Positions 60,410-64,000 of a stretch of 64,000 bases of DNA are shown here, piece after piece. The notes beneath the pieces are model-generated. The model searched no databases. It was not told where the DNA came from and saw only the letters and a list, made by a program, of their open reading frames with translations. A program made the position numbers and the translations under genes. Source of the stretch: Eledone cirrhosa (Eukaryota); NCBI GenBank assembly GCA_964016885.1, contig OZ024750.1, forward strand, positions 52,018,001 to 52,082,000, read 5' to 3'. Position 1 is the stretch's first letter. Each line of letters begins with the position of its first letter.

Positions 60410-60591
60410 CAATTTACACTGACGAACAGGTGGAGAAAATGACCAAACTTCGATTCATCCATGACTATCAAGCCGATGGGGATAATTGGACTGTTTCTAT
60501 TTTAGCCAAGGGGACATCAGAACCTATTGTCTACAACTTCAAATTCGGAGAATCATTTAAAACCAAGGACTTACTGGGGAATCCTTGCGAT
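60410..60591 (+). CDS. FABP: FABP/iLBP family protein, copy 2, exon 2
   Basis: As 26981-27162 with ATA>ACA (Ile>Thr); splice sites intact. Confidence 0.87.
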
Positions 60592-62360
60592 GTAAATATT
60601 TCCTTGATTCTTAAAACCTTTTCATAAAAGCAATAGCATTGTTTGTTTTTTAAGGGCAGTGATTTGTCAGTATCGGTAAAGTGTCAGACAACATGCTTTG
60701 TGGTATATAGTGACGGCCCTTTACGTTCTGAGTTCAAATCCCACCGAGGTTAGATTTGCCTGTCATCCTTACGGGGTCGGGGTCGATAAAATAATATACC
60801 AGTAATGAATTGGAATGGATTTAATCGACTTTCCCCTCCCCCAATATTGTTGGTCTTGTGCCTCAATCAGAAACCCTTGGTTTTTTAAAATACCTTATCT
60901 TGTGGAATCCCTGAATTTTAGTATTTTTCCAGAAACCCATAGGCCTAGATATAATTTAATTCTGTTTTAGTATGTGGTACACATACATACATACATACAT
61001 ACATACATACATACATACATACATACATACATACATACATACATACATACATACATACATACATAGCTGTGCCAATTCTAACGCCAACATTTGGCCTGCT
61101 GAACTGGTCATTGCAAGAACTAAGTGAGATGGATGTTAGAACTCGCAAACCTTTGTGTTACTGGGAACTTTAACATCAATGGTGATGTGGATAGGCTATA
61201 CTTCTCACGCAAGGAAGGTGGCCGGGGTCTAAAATCCATATTAACATCATATGAGACCCGGATAGTAACACTGAAGCAACACCTTAAACAGAGGAAAAAG
61301 GTTGGCAACCATCTTGCCCAGGTTTATGAGCATGAAAAAAAAATATCATTAGAATAGCCACTGATCTGGAGGAGAGATATGGAATAAAGCCTGATATAAA
61401 TCTCTCACCCAGAGAAATCGGAAGATAGTATTCAATGTTCAAACAAGATGAAAAAATTGACCAATTTACAGAAAAAGTTGTGCATGGATGCTTGACACGT
61501 AAAACACAGACCATAGAGAGCATAAACCAATCAAAAAGCCTGGCATGGAGTTCCGACACGTTTATGACATCACACCTTGAGGGATATCTATATGCAATAC
61601 AGGAACAAGAACTCCCTACCAAATATCTGCCCACAAAAGGGGAGGGCTATCAGCTGACAATAAATGTAGGCTATGTAAAACAAAGATCGAGGATGTAAGC
61701 CACATTGTTGCCAGCTGCGAAAGAATGTCATCTCGCTACTACCTCCCCATGAGACACGATGGGATAGCTAGAACCATCTGGAACGCACTTCGGAAAACAA
61801 AATTAACAACAAACGAGGAAGAATATATTGAGACAGATGGCACTAAGGAATACTGGTGGAACCTGAAAATAAAAACTGCCACCAAATTAAAGCACAACCG
61901 GCCTGATATTGTTGTTTAGGACTACACATTGAAAACGTGTTCTGTTGAGGAGATCAGCTGCCCACTTGATGTAAACGTTGTCAGAAAAATACAGGAGAAG
62001 GAGAACATCTACGGACCATTGATGAGGAGTTTGCAAATCCAGTATCCAAGATACACCTTTAGCTTCATACCCATCATTATTGGAGCTACGGGTTATATAC
62101 CAACCCGCTTGGACCAAAGTATGACTGAACTTGGATTTGCGGACAAAGAGCGCAGCTCCCTAATTCATAGTCTACAAGTGGCTGGGTTAGTTGGCACCTT
62201 CAAAATTTGCAAAACAATCTTGCGATTCAAGGGATGACAATTTCTTTTCTTTTACAACCTTGCCACCAGGAAGGTGGCCGGTCAAAAACATATACTCGAA
62301 ATTAAGAGAAAGAGATAACGTACATACATACATACATACATACATACATACATACATACA

Positions 62361-62396
<36 letters not shown>

Positions 62397-62728
62397 TACA
62401 TACATACATACATACATACATACATACATACATACATACATACATTGTAGAGCTAACCAAAGTGCCACACATTGTAGAGGGGGTGAATACCCATGTGCCG
62501 CCAGCTTCCATATGTAAATATCCGTCGATAAGCAAGAGCTAGATTACCGTTAACTATTTTAATCGCATGCTTTACATTTTTATATCAGAAAGCCTCTACC
62601 TAAACTTTTCCAATAAAAGGGGACAAGTCAACAGGAGTTTGATTTTAGATTTTCTCCCTTTTCCAAGAGGTTTAACTATGTGACCAGACACAAAGTCTAT
62701 TATAATCTCTCTCTGCCTTTATTTTCAG

Positions 62729-62836
62729 TGTGTGGCAACGAAACTTGCTGACAACAAAGTGGAAGATGTACGTACCTTCCAAAAAAAAGAGGTTAAAACA
62801 ATAAAGGTTGTGGAAAGCAATGGTACCATGACAGGG
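62729..62836 (+). CDS. FABP: FABP/iLBP family protein, copy 2, exon 3 (exon 4 lies beyond the window)
   Basis: As 29252-29359 with TGT>CGT (Cys>Arg) and ACA>AAA (Thr>Lys); GCAAGT donor kept. Confidence 0.8.
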
Positions 62837-63733
62837 GCAAGTATTATTTTCAGGCACTATTTTCTCTCTTTTCTAGTTGAAAGTAGGATTAGTATACCAT
62901 ATATATCAGGATTACTAGATATATGTACAATCATACAAACTAGAAAATTTGCGTCTTGATCATTTATGTATGTATACTTTGACAGAAAGAATGTAGTTAT
63001 ATCTGCTCAACTCTCTGACAACAAGAGTAGTCCTGCATTCTGGAAGTGTTCGTATGTTCCACGTCGCAACATTCATTGCAATTCTATTCTTTTGAAAACT
63101 ACTATTCTTCTTGTTTTGCTTCGATTTGTTTCTGCTGGTATGAACAGCTGTCAGCCGCATGTAGCTGACCAGCTTTATGGTGAAACAGACAATGTTTGGG
63201 TCACCTTTTCTAAACCTCTAAACCTGGGTGAGCAGTGTTCTCCTTGGAAATGGTTACTCAGTCACAAAAGACTCCACCCAAGCCAGTTCCTATTCCGAAA
63301 ACTGACAACGACGTTAGATAAACCTTACGCTGTCTGTGTGTAGATTAGCAACTGCATACCTCTAACTCGTTAGGTGTGTAGATGTCACTGCCTCCGCCAC
63401 AGGACTTTGAAGAGATATCAGCACAAGAAGATCAAAGCAACATATGCTTGTACAACACACATGCTGCTCTCTGAGTATCAACAGCCAAAATCCGATGACA
63501 AGCAGATGCAAGATAATCGGTAGCTGTAGCAACCGCAGCTATTTCAGAGTGTCCTTCTCTTTAAAAAAAAGGTAACTGCAGCAGCCATAGGTTTTCACAG
63601 ATAAATAATAAATAATAAATAGGTAAAATATGTAGATAAGATAAAATGGAATTTTAAAAATCTTTAAAAGTTTAAAAGTTTAAAAATTAAAACTTTGAAT
63701 ATATATATATATAGTTTCCATTTGTTTAATATC

Positions 63734-63805
<72 letters not shown>

Positions 63806-64000
63806 GATATTAAACAAATGGAAACTATATTTATAAAACCATATTTATTTCGTTATATATATTTCTGGGATATTATATTAAAAATATGGTATGCCTTCCT
63901 CAGACAAAATACAATATATAAGCTGTTTTATAAATAATTTTGACATACCTTAGAATAATGCAACTTCCATTTAAAAAGTTGATTTGGTAGTGAAACTGTT

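Overview
Repeat-dense eukaryotic (animal) DNA. The AT-richness, long (TA)n/(TG)n/(TACA)n tracts and SINE types suggest a mollusc, probably an octopus (inference). One host gene is readable by hand but missed by the ORF track: a 4-exon, 140-aa fatty-acid-binding-protein (FABP/iLBP) family gene on + (exons 15602-15683, 26981-27162, 29252-29359, 36619-36669), with a TATA box, a 5'UTR minisatellite and a GC-AG third intron. It lies in a recent ~34.9-kb tandem duplication (7438-42294, then 42295 to past the window end). Copy 2 carries exons 1-3 with three substitutions, all non-synonymous. The rest is microsatellite-associated retroelements: at least three Penelope-like (PLE) families with RT and GIY-YIG domains; several non-coding fold-back elements with hammerhead-ribozyme (HHR)-like motifs, including U3-A8 core variants; R4/Dong-type LINEs in (TAA)n and (TACA)n, one with a filled versus empty site between the duplicates; RTE-type LINEs with twin-priming-like inversions; a deleted mariner; a Helitron-like element; and SINEs. 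All family assignments come from motifs recognised by eye; no searches were run.
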